From Deltaproteobacteria bacterium (GTDB lineage: Bacteria > Myxococcota_A > Polyangia > Polyangiales > Polyangiaceae), in contig VGRJ01000016.1 of NCBI GenBank assembly GCA_016875405.1, forward strand, positions 1,128 through 65,127: a DNA stretch of 64,000 nucleotides, written 5' to 3'. Made by a program: the position numbers and the translations under genes. The notes beneath the pieces are model-generated. The model was not told the origin of the DNA. It searched no databases and saw only the letters and a program-made list of their open reading frames with translations. This document shows, one piece after another, positions 43,404 through 51,724 of this stretch (the stretch's first letter is position 1; every line of letters begins with the position of its first letter).

Positions 43404-45347
43404 ATGCGACCCATGATGAGAAGGCTCGTCCTCGGCGCGCTCGCAGCGTCGCTCCTCGGTTGCTCGAGCGCGGACAGCGAGAGCGCGACGGATGCGACCA
43501 CGGGCGGCAACGGTACGGCCGGCGTCGGAGGCTCGAGCGTCGACGCGACCGCGGCGAGCAGCAGCGTCGCAGCCACCGGCTCGACCACCGGCGGTGGGGC
43601 CACGACGAACGCCGCGAGTGGAGCGAGCGCGTCGACGGGCGCGAGCTCCTCCAGCTCCGGCATGCCAGACCCCGTCGACCCAGTCGACTTGCGCGCCGAC
43701 ACGAACCGGGACGGCGTGATCGATTTCGCTACGAGCGATGACGACCTCGGCGAAGACGCCTGGAGCGCCGACCACGGCGCGGTGTTCCTCGCCAACCTCG
43801 ACGACGACGCGCTCGCCTGCCCGACCTCGGGGACCGACGCCGAGCTCGCGGCGTGCCACGACGCCGCGGACGACGTCGTGAACGGCCCCGACGACCTCGC
43901 GGACCTGGCGCGCCTCGCGACCCGCCCCTGGCCCGCGGTCCCGGCGGGCGCGACCGGCACGATCAAGCTGTCGGCCCCCGGCGCGAGCTACGTGCGCCTC
44001 TTCAAGAAGGGCCCGTCCGGGTTCTCGGCCTTCGCGCCTGGGGCCAAGCTGTCGAGCGCGGAGCTGTCTGCCGGGGTCGAGTTGGCGCTCGAAGGAAGGG
44101 ACATCGTCCGAGACGCCGCCGCATGGAACGGCCGCGTGACCGCGACGCTCGAGGTGACCGGCGCTGGCGCCGACAGCGGCACCGACTCGGTCGAGCTGCG
44201 CATCGCACCGGCGTTGTTCCGCCATCACCTCGACCCCGCGAGCACCTACTACGTGACGAAGATCAACTCGAACTCGAGCTTGGCCTTCCGCAACGATCTC
44301 GCCGAGGCCGCGAAGGTCGCGCAGGTTCCGGTACGCGAGCTCGCCCTCAACGATCAGTGGACGCAGGACTTCTTCGAGACCGCTTACACCGCGATGCCTG
44401 CGGTCGGCGGGGGCGGCAAGCACGTCCTCCACCTCAACTTCCGCTCGGCAAATTACTCGAACGGCAAGGCGCGCGCCGCCGGCCGCGTAGTGTTCACCGA
44501 TCTCCGAGGAAAGAACGTCGGAGGCGTGCACGTCTACGACCCGAAGCACCCCGACTCGATGGATACGCTGAACTCGTTCGGCAACCTCGAGACCATCCCC
44601 CCCTACAGCTTCGGAGGCACGTCGTGGCCGCTCGGTCGCGTCATCCGCGGTTCGACCGGCACCTTCTACGCAGACAAGGCGTTCGACGCGATGGTGAACG
44701 CGCAGGGGGCGCAGGACGTGTTCTACGTCGACACGTCCTGGCTCCTCGTCGCGCACGTCGACGAGACGCTGTCGTTCATCAAGGCTCCGAGTCCGCGCGG
44801 GTGGGTGATGCTCGTCAGCGACCCTGCCGCGGCCAAGAAGCTCTTCGAGCAGCAGAAGGCCGCCGGCAATGGAGGCGCGACGGTGTTTAGCGGCCTCTAC
44901 TGGGCCGACAACAGCCTGGCGCAGACCACCGTCAATGGGGTCCTCTCGGACACGGACGTGCTGAACGAGAGCGCGTGGGCGGCGACCGAGCTCGCGGAAC
45001 AGCTCGATCTCGTCAAGGCCGAGACGGGCCTGCTGGACACCGAGCTCGTGAGCGTGCCGTTCCTCTTCCAGCAGGCGTCAGGGTACTCGGTCGCGTATCA
45101 GCCCGGCACGGTGAACGGCATCTCGCTAAGCGACACGGTCTTCGCCGCGCCGAAACCCAACGGTCCCGTCGTCAACGGCGTCGACGTCTTCGAGGCGCAG
45201 CTCAAGCAAGCGCTCTCGCCTTACGGCGTCTCGGCCTTCTTTGTACGCGACTGGTACCTCTATCACATCCTCGACGGTGAGGTTCACTGCGGGAGCAACA
45301 CGACACGCGCGGTTCCGGCCACGACGAACTGGTGGGAGAGCCTCTGA
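43404..45347 (+). CDS. PADI-type protein-arginine deiminase homologue, lipoprotein
   Basis: Lipobox is SLLGCSS. A Gly/Ser/Thr/Ala linker follows, then an Asp-rich segment (DTNRDGVIDF, FLANLDDD). Catalytic blocks are DQWTQDFFE, LLVAHVDETLSF and DGEVHCGSNTTR, the PAD4-like Asp/His/Asp/Cys. Confidence 0.85.
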   Translation: MRPMMRRLVLGALAASLLGCSSADSESATDATTGGNGTAGVGGSSVDATAASSSVAATGSTTGGGATTNAASGASASTGASSSSSGMPDPVDPVDLRADTNRDGVIDFATSDDDLGEDAWSADHGAVFLANLDDDALACPTSGTDAELAACHDAADDVVNGPDDLADLARLATRPWPAVPAGATGTIKLSAPGASYVRLFKKGPSGFSAFAPGAKLSSAELSAGVELALEGRDIVRDAAAWNGRVTATLEVTGAGADSGTDSVELRIAPALFRHHLDPASTYYVTKINSNSSLAFRNDLAEAAKVAQVPVRELALNDQWTQDFFETAYTAMPAVGGGGKHVLHLNFRSANYSNGKARAAGRVVFTDLRGKNVGGVHVYDPKHPDSMDTLNSFGNLETIPPYSFGGTSWPLGRVIRGSTGTFYADKAFDAMVNAQGAQDVFYVDTSWLLVAHVDETLSFIKAPSPRGWVMLVSDPAAAKKLFEQQKAAGNGGATVFSGLYWADNSLAQTTVNGVLSDTDVLNESAWAATELAEQLDLVKAETGLLDTELVSVPFLFQQASGYSVAYQPGTVNGISLSDTVFAAPKPNGPVVNGVDVFEAQLKQALSPYGVSAFFVRDWYLYHILDGEVHCGSNTTRAVPATTNWWESL

Positions 45348-45349
45348 CC

Positions 45350-46294
45350 ATGAAACGAACGCTTGCCACGGTCCTCCTCGTCACGTCCCTCGCGTTCGCC
45401 GCGACGGCGCACGCCGAAGGCGTCATGCTCGCCCCTGGCGACCTTCCGGAGGCCGCGCGCGCCACGCTCCTGAAGGACGTGACGGAGGCGCGCCGAGTCG
45501 AGCCCGACACGTTCGCATCGCTCGCGGCCATCCGCGTTCGCATCCCAGAGCTCGACGCGCAACGCCGCGGGCGCCTCGCGACGGTGACACCTGCCCTCCT
45601 CGGGCTCGGCCGCCGCGCGGTCCCGGCGATGTTGAGCGAGCTCGCCGTCGAGGGCGGGCGCGGCTCGCTGACGGACACCGCGTGGCTCGCGTGGCGCCTG
45701 AACCTCCTCGAAGCGGTCGGCGGCCTCCGCGATCCGCGGGCCACGTCGGTCCTCGAAGCGATCGTTGCGTCACCCGAGCAAGACTTCTTGCTCGTGCGCG
45801 CCGCAGCAACCGCGCTCGGGAAGCTCAACCACGACGCGGCGGCGATGAAGCTCATCGCGGCGAGTCGGCTCGGAGCGCCGGGCCGCCGACTCGCGGTGCT
45901 CGCAGGGATGGGCCACTGCCGTCGGACGCCCGTCGCGCGGAGGCTCGCCGAGGCGCTGCGCGCGGTCCGCGGACGCCCCGGCGAAGAGCGCGCCGTCAAA
46001 CATCTCGCTCGCGCGCTCGGCGACGTCGGCAACGCGTGGGCGTGGCAGACACCCGAGGTCCAGGCGAGCGGCGACGAGTCCGCCGTCCGGGGGGTGGCCG
46101 CCGAGGCCCTCGTCGAAGCGTACCGCGACACCGAGAACGTCGCCTCGCGCCGACTCCTCACAAAGGCGATCTTGGTCGTCGATGATCCGACGACGCGGGG
46201 TCGCATCGCCGCCGCGCGCGAGGGCGCGAACGCGAGCCAGCGCGCCGCCCTCGACGAGCTCGAGCGACGGGTGGATCGCAACCCGCTCCACTGA
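45350..46294 (+). CDS. Secreted HEAT/ARM-like repeat protein
   Basis: The ATG lies 3 nt after the PAD stop. Signal peptide is MKRTLATVLLVTSLAFAATAHA. HEAT-like units include DPRATSVLEAIV.., AAATALGKL and RRLAEALRAV.. Confidence 0.7.
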   Translation: MKRTLATVLLVTSLAFAATAHAEGVMLAPGDLPEAARATLLKDVTEARRVEPDTFASLAAIRVRIPELDAQRRGRLATVTPALLGLGRRAVPAMLSELAVEGGRGSLTDTAWLAWRLNLLEAVGGLRDPRATSVLEAIVASPEQDFLLVRAAATALGKLNHDAAAMKLIAASRLGAPGRRLAVLAGMGHCRRTPVARRLAEALRAVRGRPGEERAVKHLARALGDVGNAWAWQTPEVQASGDESAVRGVAAEALVEAYRDTENVASRRLLTKAILVVDDPTTRGRIAAAREGANASQRAALDELERRVDRNPLH

Positions 46295-46372
46295 TGGAGC
46301 GAGCTACCACCCAAACGACCAGGAAGCCCGAAGGATGCGCGATAACTTCGAGCATTTCTTGACGCTCCAGGT

Positions 46373-46395
46373 AAACCGGCCAGCCGGTTTTATTT
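46373..46395 (+). terminator. Candidate intrinsic terminator (7-bp stem, 4-nt loop, T-rich tail) in a locally AT-richer spacer
   Basis: aaaccgg ccag ccggttt tattt lies 79 nt after the HEAT-repeat gene stop. The complementary strand has a weaker tail facing modC. Confidence 0.4.
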
Positions 46396-46574
46396 GGCAT
46401 GCCGCCTGCTTCAACCCCTGGCGGCCTTCCGGTACGCGACGTCAGCAAGCACAGCACACCCCTCCATCCTCAACGCGTATCGGGGGGCATGTTCCCTCCC
46501 GTGCTGGGCTTTCCGATGCTCTCCACCGGCTGCGGACCGGGCTCTCGAAGCCCGGCTCCGCAGCCGACAGGGGG

Positions 46575-47291
46575 TCACGTGCCGCGGCGGACGCCGTCCC
46601 CCGGCGCGTCGTCGTGCTCGCGGAGCTCGACGGGTCCGATGGTTCGGCCGCGCTCGAAGCCCACCACCACGGAGCCGATGCGCTTGGCCTCGCGTGAGTC
46701 GTGCGTCACGAGGACCGCCGGCAGGCGCCGACGCTCGAGCACCCCGGCGAGGCAGTCGAGCAACGCGTCCTTGCCCGCACGGTCGATCGACGCGAACGGC
46801 TCGTCGAGGACGAGCAGCCTCGGCGCCACCGCGAGCGCGCGCGCGAGCGCGACCCGCTGACGCTCTCCGCCGGATAAGCCCTCGGGCATTGCCGCACGAA
46901 CGTGCGCGAGCCCAAACTCCTCGATGAGCGCCTCGACCTCAGGTGGCACGCGACGCCGTGAAGAACGCGGCAGGCCGAAGGTGACGTTTTCGGTGACGTC
47001 GCAGAATGGAAAGAGCGCGTGGTGCTGGGGGACGTAGCCAATTCGCCGCAAGTGCGACGGCACCTCGACCCCTCGCGCCACGTCGATGATCGCCTCGCCG
47101 CCGAGCGAGATGTGCCCGCTGGTCACGTGCGAGGCACCGACGAGGGCCTGCAAGGTAACCGACTTGCCGCTCCCAGACGGACCGAACAGCACAAGCACGC
47201 CGCTCGGGAGCGCGAGCTCAACCTCAACCGTGAAGCGCGAATCGCCTTCACCGACCTCGGCCGTGAAGCGAGCGTCGACCGCGAGCGTCAC
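46575..47291 (-). CDS. modC: Molybdate ABC transporter ATP-binding protein, short form without TOBE/Mop domain
   Basis: GPSGSGKS (Walker A), LSGGERQRVALARAL, LLVLDEPF (Walker B) and the THD H-loop. The GTG start overlaps the modB stop (GTGA). It is only 238 aa. Confidence 0.85.
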   Translation of the reverse strand: MTLAVDARFTAEVGEGDSRFTVEVELALPSGVLVLFGPSGSGKSVTLQALVGASHVTSGHISLGGEAIIDVARGVEVPSHLRRIGYVPQHHALFPFCDVTENVTFGLPRSSRRRVPPEVEALIEEFGLAHVRAAMPEGLSGGERQRVALARALAVAPRLLVLDEPFASIDRAGKDALLDCLAGVLERRRLPAVLVTHDSREAKRIGSVVVGFERGRTIGPVELREHDDAPGDGVRRGT

Positions 47292-47965
47292 AACGGAGCC
47301 CCTCGGCGCGGCGCGATGCGCGACGCGGTCAAGACCGCCGCGAGCCCTAGCGCGGTCAGGACCGCGACGTAGAGGAGCGCCCGGTCATCGTCGCCGGACT
47401 GGTACGCGCTCCAGATCTCGATCGTCATCGTATTCGTACGACCCGGGATGTTGCCCGCGACCATCAAGGTGGCACCAAACTCACCTATCCCGCGTACGAA
47501 CGCGAGGACGAGGCCCGTCACGACGCCGCGCCATGACGCGCGCAACACGATCCGCCTGAAGACCTCAAGCGGGGAGAGGCCGAGCGAGCGCCCGATGACG
47601 ATGAGCTCACGCGGCACGGCCTCCATGGCAGGTTGCGCCGCCTTCACGAGCACAGGCAGCGCCACCACGGACGACGCGATGATTGCGGCCCACGGCGTAA
47701 ACACGACGCGGATCCCCAACCACTCGAGCGCGCGACCGACGGCTCCTCGTCGCCCGAGCACCCAGACCAAGAAGAAGCCAACGACGCTTGGAGGGAGCGC
47801 CATCGGGAGCATCACGAGAACATCGACGAGCCCCGAGAGGCGATGGCGCCGCGAGGCCTGAAGCCACGCGATCCCGACGCCCAGCGGCCCGACGATGAGC
47901 AGAGACGCAAAACCGACGAGCAGCGACAACTCGACCGGGAACAGGGCGTCCGCGCCTCGCTCCAT
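47288..47965 (-). CDS. modB: Molybdate ABC transporter permease
   Basis: CysT/ModB-type permease with an EAA-like loop (AAQPAMEAVPRELIVIGRSLG) and GEFGATLMVAGNIPGRT. It sits between modA and modC. Confidence 0.88.
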   Translation of the reverse strand: MERGADALFPVELSLLVGFASLLIVGPLGVGIAWLQASRRHRLSGLVDVLVMLPMALPPSVVGFFLVWVLGRRGAVGRALEWLGIRVVFTPWAAIIASSVVALPVLVKAAQPAMEAVPRELIVIGRSLGLSPLEVFRRIVLRASWRGVVTGLVLAFVRGIGEFGATLMVAGNIPGRTNTMTIEIWSAYQSGDDDRALLYVAVLTALGLAAVLTASRIAPRRGAPL

Positions 47966-47971
47966 TGCGCG

Positions 47972-48754
47972 TCAGCCGTCCGTCTCGAAGCCGTACTGGC
48001 GAAAGATCCCTTTTGCCTCCGGCGTTAACAAGAATTCGAGGAAGCTACGCGCCGGCCCCGAGTGGCTCGCGCCTGCGATGTCAACGGTCGCTCCGACCAC
48101 GACGTCTGCGCGCGGCGCCCACGGACCGCTCGCCTCTTCGAGTAAGACGATGTCATCGAGCCCGCGCACTTCGGTCGCATAGACGATCCCCGCGGCCACC
48201 TCGCCACGACGCACGTACGCGAGCACCGCGGCGACGTCGCCGCCGAAGAGCAGCCTGTCCTTCAGCGCATCCCACTTGCCGAGAGCCTCGAGCGCCCGCT
48301 TCGCGTAGGTCCCCGCCGGGACGACGTTCGGCTCTCCGATCGCGAGCTTCTCCCCGGCAGGCAGCGCGTCGAGGGTCTGCCAGCCGACGCGCGCGCCGCC
48401 CCGCGGCCCGATGAGGACGAGGCGGTTGTGCGCCACCACCTTGCGCGTCTCGGCGATCACGTGGCGCGAAGCGACGAGCTGGTCGACCGGCTCGGGCGCG
48501 GCGAAGAGCACGGCGTCGAGCGGTGCACCGTCTTGAACGCGTTTGCGAAGATCCCCCGATGGACCATAAACAGCAGCGATCTTCGGGCGGCGATGGTCGC
48601 GACCGAACGCCTCGATCAGCGACGGCATAACGCCACGTAGGCTCACCGCGACGCCAAGCTGAACCTCGGCACGCGCGCCCTCGTTCTTGCCCCGGTGGCA
48701 GGCCGGGACCAGCAACGCCGTAGCGAGACCGACGAGCGCGCGGCGCGTGTACAC
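47972..48754 (-). CDS. modA: Molybdate-binding periplasmic protein, lipoprotein
   Basis: Lipobox is LLVPAC. ModA-like blocks: VYGPSGDL..Q...GAP.DVLFAA, VLIGP, LAIGEPNVVPAGTYAK and GIVYATE. Confidence 0.85.
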   Translation of the reverse strand: MYTRRALVGLATALLVPACHRGKNEGARAEVQLGVAVSLRGVMPSLIEAFGRDHRRPKIAAVYGPSGDLRKRVQDGAPLDAVLFAAPEPVDQLVASRHVIAETRKVVAHNRLVLIGPRGGARVGWQTLDALPAGEKLAIGEPNVVPAGTYAKRALEALGKWDALKDRLLFGGDVAAVLAYVRRGEVAAGIVYATEVRGLDDIVLLEEASGPWAPRADVVVGATVDIAGASHSGPARSFLEFLLTPEAKGIFRQYGFETDG

Positions 48755-48757
48755 GGC

Positions 48758-49555
48758 TCAGTCCCGGTAAATGATGGTGCCGATATCTTCACCGGCGAGC
48801 GCGCGCGTGAGGTTGCCTGGGACGAGCGCGTTGAACACCTGAATCTCGCGAACGTAGCGAGCCCGCGTCAGGTATTCGAGGACCGAGCGCTCGATGATGA
48901 GGTCCTTCAGGCCGCGCGACAGCAGCTCCTTCGCGCCGATGCGCGGGAGCTGCTTCGCGGCCGCGTTCTTCTTCGGGTCGTCGTCGAAGAGCCCCTCTTC
49001 GTCCTTCGCGAACCAAACGCGCTTGGCCCCGAGCGCCTCCGCGGTGAGGAACGTCCCCGCGTCGGTGCGGTTCGCTGGGATCCGCCCCTCTTCCGAGGGC
49101 TTCTCCCAGTAGCCGAACGGCGGCATGCCCGTCATGATCGGAATGCAGCCAAGCCGAAAGTAGAGCGGCAGCTTCTCGAAGTCGTCGGTCATCATGAAGA
49201 TGCCGCCCTGCTCGGCGAGCAGCATCTGCAGCATGCGGGCGTTCTGGCGCGGCACGTACCCGCCGAGCGCCGCGAGCAAGCCGGTCGGCAGCTCGAGGTC
49301 GGAGGCCACCGAGTAGACATGACGGGCGCGCGTACCTCCACCCGTCGTGAGCAGGAGGCGGTGCTGATCCTTGATTCGGCCAATCTCCTCGAGGAGCGGA
49401 AACAGCGCCGCGCGACCGCGATCCATCACCGACTGTCCGCCGATCTTGATGACCTTGACGCTGGGCATCATCGCCACGCCCTCGTAGGCCACCTGTTCCC
49501 CGCCCGTCAGCGGGCTGCCGGCGAGCGCGCTTGGGATCAATTGACGCTCAGACAT
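48758..49555 (-). CDS. mosB: Molybdenum storage protein beta-subunit homologue (amino-acid-kinase/UMP-kinase fold)
   Basis: VKVIKIGGQSVMDRGRAALFPLLEEI, TTGGGTRARH, GMPPFGYWE, RTDAGTFL and a C-terminal NALVPGNLTRALAGEDIGTII. These closely resemble Azotobacter vinelandii MosB as I recall it. The ATG overlaps the mosA stop by 8 nt. Confidence 0.8.
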   Translation of the reverse strand: MSERQLIPSALAGSPLTGGEQVAYEGVAMMPSVKVIKIGGQSVMDRGRAALFPLLEEIGRIKDQHRLLLTTGGGTRARHVYSVASDLELPTGLLAALGGYVPRQNARMLQMLLAEQGGIFMMTDDFEKLPLYFRLGCIPIMTGMPPFGYWEKPSEEGRIPANRTDAGTFLTAEALGAKRVWFAKDEEGLFDDDPKKNAAAKQLPRIGAKELLSRGLKDLIIERSVLEYLTRARYVREIQVFNALVPGNLTRALAGEDIGTIIYRD

Positions 49556-50390
49556 CGGCCGCCTCCTTCGTGATCACCGTACCGACCGGCTCGCCCTCGA
49601 GCGCGGCGAGCAACATGCCGGGCTTGCAGCCGTTGACGATCTGGACCTCCTTCACGTGACGCGCGGTTCGCCAGCAGTCGAAGAGCTGGCGATCGAGGAT
49701 GAGCTCCCTCGGCATGTCGGCGAGCAGCGCCCCGAGGGTGGTCCGCTCGATGAGCTTCGCGTCGGCGTGCTTCTTCGGGTCGCGGTCGTAGAGCCCGTCC
49801 TCGTCCTTGACGAAAATCACGCGCTTCATTCCGAGCACCTCGGCGTGGATGAACAACCCGAAGTCGCTGCCGTGGGCCGGGAGGGGTCCGTCTTCGGGCG
49901 GCGGCTCCCAGAAGTGGTACGGCGGGATGCTGATGACGATGGGGAGCATCCCGGAGTTCAGGTAGAGCGGGAGCTCCCAGAAGTGCTCACGCTGCATGAC
50001 GATCGAGCCGTGCTTCGCGAGCAGCGCGTTCAGGAACACCGCGTTGCACTCTTCCATCGCGCCGACGAGCTGCGCGATCCCGCCCGTCGGCAGGCCGAGG
50101 TCGAGCGCGATCGCGAGCGTGTGCCGCACGCGCGTGCCACCGCCGACGCCAAGCACCATCTTGTGCTTGGCGGCGCGAGCCTTGGCGAGCTCCTCGACGA
50201 GCGGGAGGAGCGCCGAACGACCTCGGTCGAAGATCGAGTGACCGCCGACTCCGACGAGCACGCAGTCCGGCAGGATCTCGTACTCGTTTGCGCTGTGCGT
50301 CCGCTTGATGACGTCGCGATCTTGGAGGGACTCGCGCATCAAAGACGACTCGATGTGAGTGCGTCCGTCACCGGTGAGGAGCTTGTTCAT
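49548..50390 (-). CDS. mosA: Molybdenum storage protein alpha-subunit homologue
   Basis: ATG at 50390 follows GGAG. Blocks: ESLQDRDV, VGVGGHSIFDRGRSALLPLVEEL, GVGGGTRVRH, IPPYHFWE and VQIVNGCKPGMLLAALEGEPVGTVI, which are MosA-like. The ATG overlaps the stop of the upstream membrane gene (ATGA). Confidence 0.8.
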   Translation of the reverse strand: MNKLLTGDGRTHIESSLMRESLQDRDVIKRTHSANEYEILPDCVLVGVGGHSIFDRGRSALLPLVEELAKARAAKHKMVLGVGGGTRVRHTLAIALDLGLPTGGIAQLVGAMEECNAVFLNALLAKHGSIVMQREHFWELPLYLNSGMLPIVISIPPYHFWEPPPEDGPLPAHGSDFGLFIHAEVLGMKRVIFVKDEDGLYDRDPKKHADAKLIERTTLGALLADMPRELILDRQLFDCWRTARHVKEVQIVNGCKPGMLLAALEGEPVGTVITKEAADV

Positions 50391-51724
50391 CGTGGAGACT
50401 CCGCATTGTGCTCGGGCTCGAGCATCGGTTTGGAGAAAGCAGCGTTCGGGACGCGCGAGCGACGAATCGCTCGGCTCACGTGAGCGCTGACATATCCCGA
50501 AAACGCGCCGAAAGTTACCTGAAAGGCGAGGTTTGGGAGGAGACCGGCATACGCGAGCGCCGGCGGTTGAAGCGCCAGCGTGACGAGGAACACGGTGGCG
50601 ACTCGGCCTGCGCCGATGACCGCGCCGAGGAGCGACCACGCCGCGGTGCTCGGCTCACGCTCGTCACGCACCATCCGCGGGAGCGCGACATCGCAGACGA
50701 CGCCCGGCGTCACGTGCTTCAGGATCTCGAAGAGCCCGTAGCGACCGTCGCCGAACAGGAAGGCCACCGTGCCCATCGTGAGGCCCGTCAGCGTGGCTCC
50801 GGTGCGGCGACGAGTGAGGAGCGCGGCCGCGACGTAGAGCGGCGTCAACACCACGAGCTTGTAGCCAGGGGCGAACGGCACGCTCGGCAGGAGCTTGACC
50901 GCCTTCAGCGCGAGCATGGTCGCGCTGACGCCCGCGATCACCGCGACGTCACGCCGGAGCGCCGCGCCAGCCTCACCCGCCTCGTCGACGCCCTCACCCC
51001 GCGCTCGGCTCTCGTCGAGGTGCGCCTCCGCGTTCTGGATCTGCCGCTCGAGACGGCTCACGAGCGGCACCACGTCGCCTGCTGCAATGCCCCGCAGCGA
51101 GCGCAGCAACCCGAGCCGACCGCCCACGCCCGCGTCGCTCTCGGCGTGGCGCCCGCGACGGCCGCCGCCACCGCCACCGCCACCGCCGCCGCCACCGCCG
51201 CCACCGCCGCCACCGCCACCGCCGCCACCGCCGCCGCTCGCGAACACCGCGAGGACGGCGTCGAGCGACATCGCGAGGACGGGCGGCGCGCGGAGCTGAC
51301 CGAGGCCCGCCGCGACGGCGCGAGGGTCACCCGAGCGCGCGATCTGGGACGCGAGGATGACCGTAAGGAGGCGCGCTATCATGGCGACGCCGTGCTCGAG
51401 ACCACCGACGTTCAGCGCGATCTCACGCCCGAACGCGAGCGTGTACCGCCGCCAAGCGTCCGTCCGCGGATCGTCCTCGAGGAGCGCGTAGCTGCCGACC
51501 ACGAACAAGCTGAAGAGCCACAGCTTGGAGACCTGGCGCACGAGCCGCCGAGGAGGCAACCCGACGACGAGCCACAGGACCGCTTGCGACAGCAGCGCGA
51601 GGCAGAGCGGAAGGCCGCGCGGCAACAGGAAGGCGCCGACGCCGACCGCGAGCAAGTAGAGCACGCGCAAGCGCGGACCGACGCGAACGGGGCTCTTTGT
51701 CACGCGCGCATCGTGAACCTTCAC
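50387..51724 (-). CDS. Polytopic membrane protein: EcfT/CbiQ-like N-half, ~25-Gly tract plus charged helix, second multi-TM half
   Basis: A candidate in-frame GTG start is at 51724 (also 51703). The frame stays open upstream into the disrupted gene, so the start is uncertain. TM-rich sequence includes LYLLAVGVGAFLL, LWLFSLFVVGSY and GVAMIARLLTVILASQIA. Then comes the Gly tract, RLERQIQNAEAHLDE, and ~5 more TM helices. Confidence 0.6.
   Translation of the reverse strand: MKVHDARVTKSPVRVGPRLRVLYLLAVGVGAFLLPRGLPLCLALLSQAVLWLVVGLPPRRLVRQVSKLWLFSLFVVGSYALLEDDPRTDAWRRYTLAFGREIALNVGGLEHGVAMIARLLTVILASQIARSGDPRAVAAGLGQLRAPPVLAMSLDAVLAVFASGGGGGGGGGGGGGGGGGGGGGGGGGRRGRHAESDAGVGGRLGLLRSLRGIAAGDVVPLVSRLERQIQNAEAHLDESRARGEGVDEAGEAGAALRRDVAVIAGVSATMLALKAVKLLPSVPFAPGYKLVVLTPLYVAAALLTRRRTGATLTGLTMGTVAFLFGDGRYGLFEILKHVTPGVVCDVALPRMVRDEREPSTAAWSLLGAVIGAGRVATVFLVTLALQPPALAYAGLLPNLAFQVTFGAFSGYVSAHVSRAIRRSRVPNAAFSKPMLEPEHNAESPR
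51161..51235 (-). repeat. (GGN)~25 trinucleotide tract encoding poly-glycine
   Basis: The plus strand reads gccgccgccaccgccaccgcc... for 75 nt. This gives an uninterrupted Gly run in the membrane-protein frame and a poly-Pro run in the antisense artefact ORF. Confidence 0.9.
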
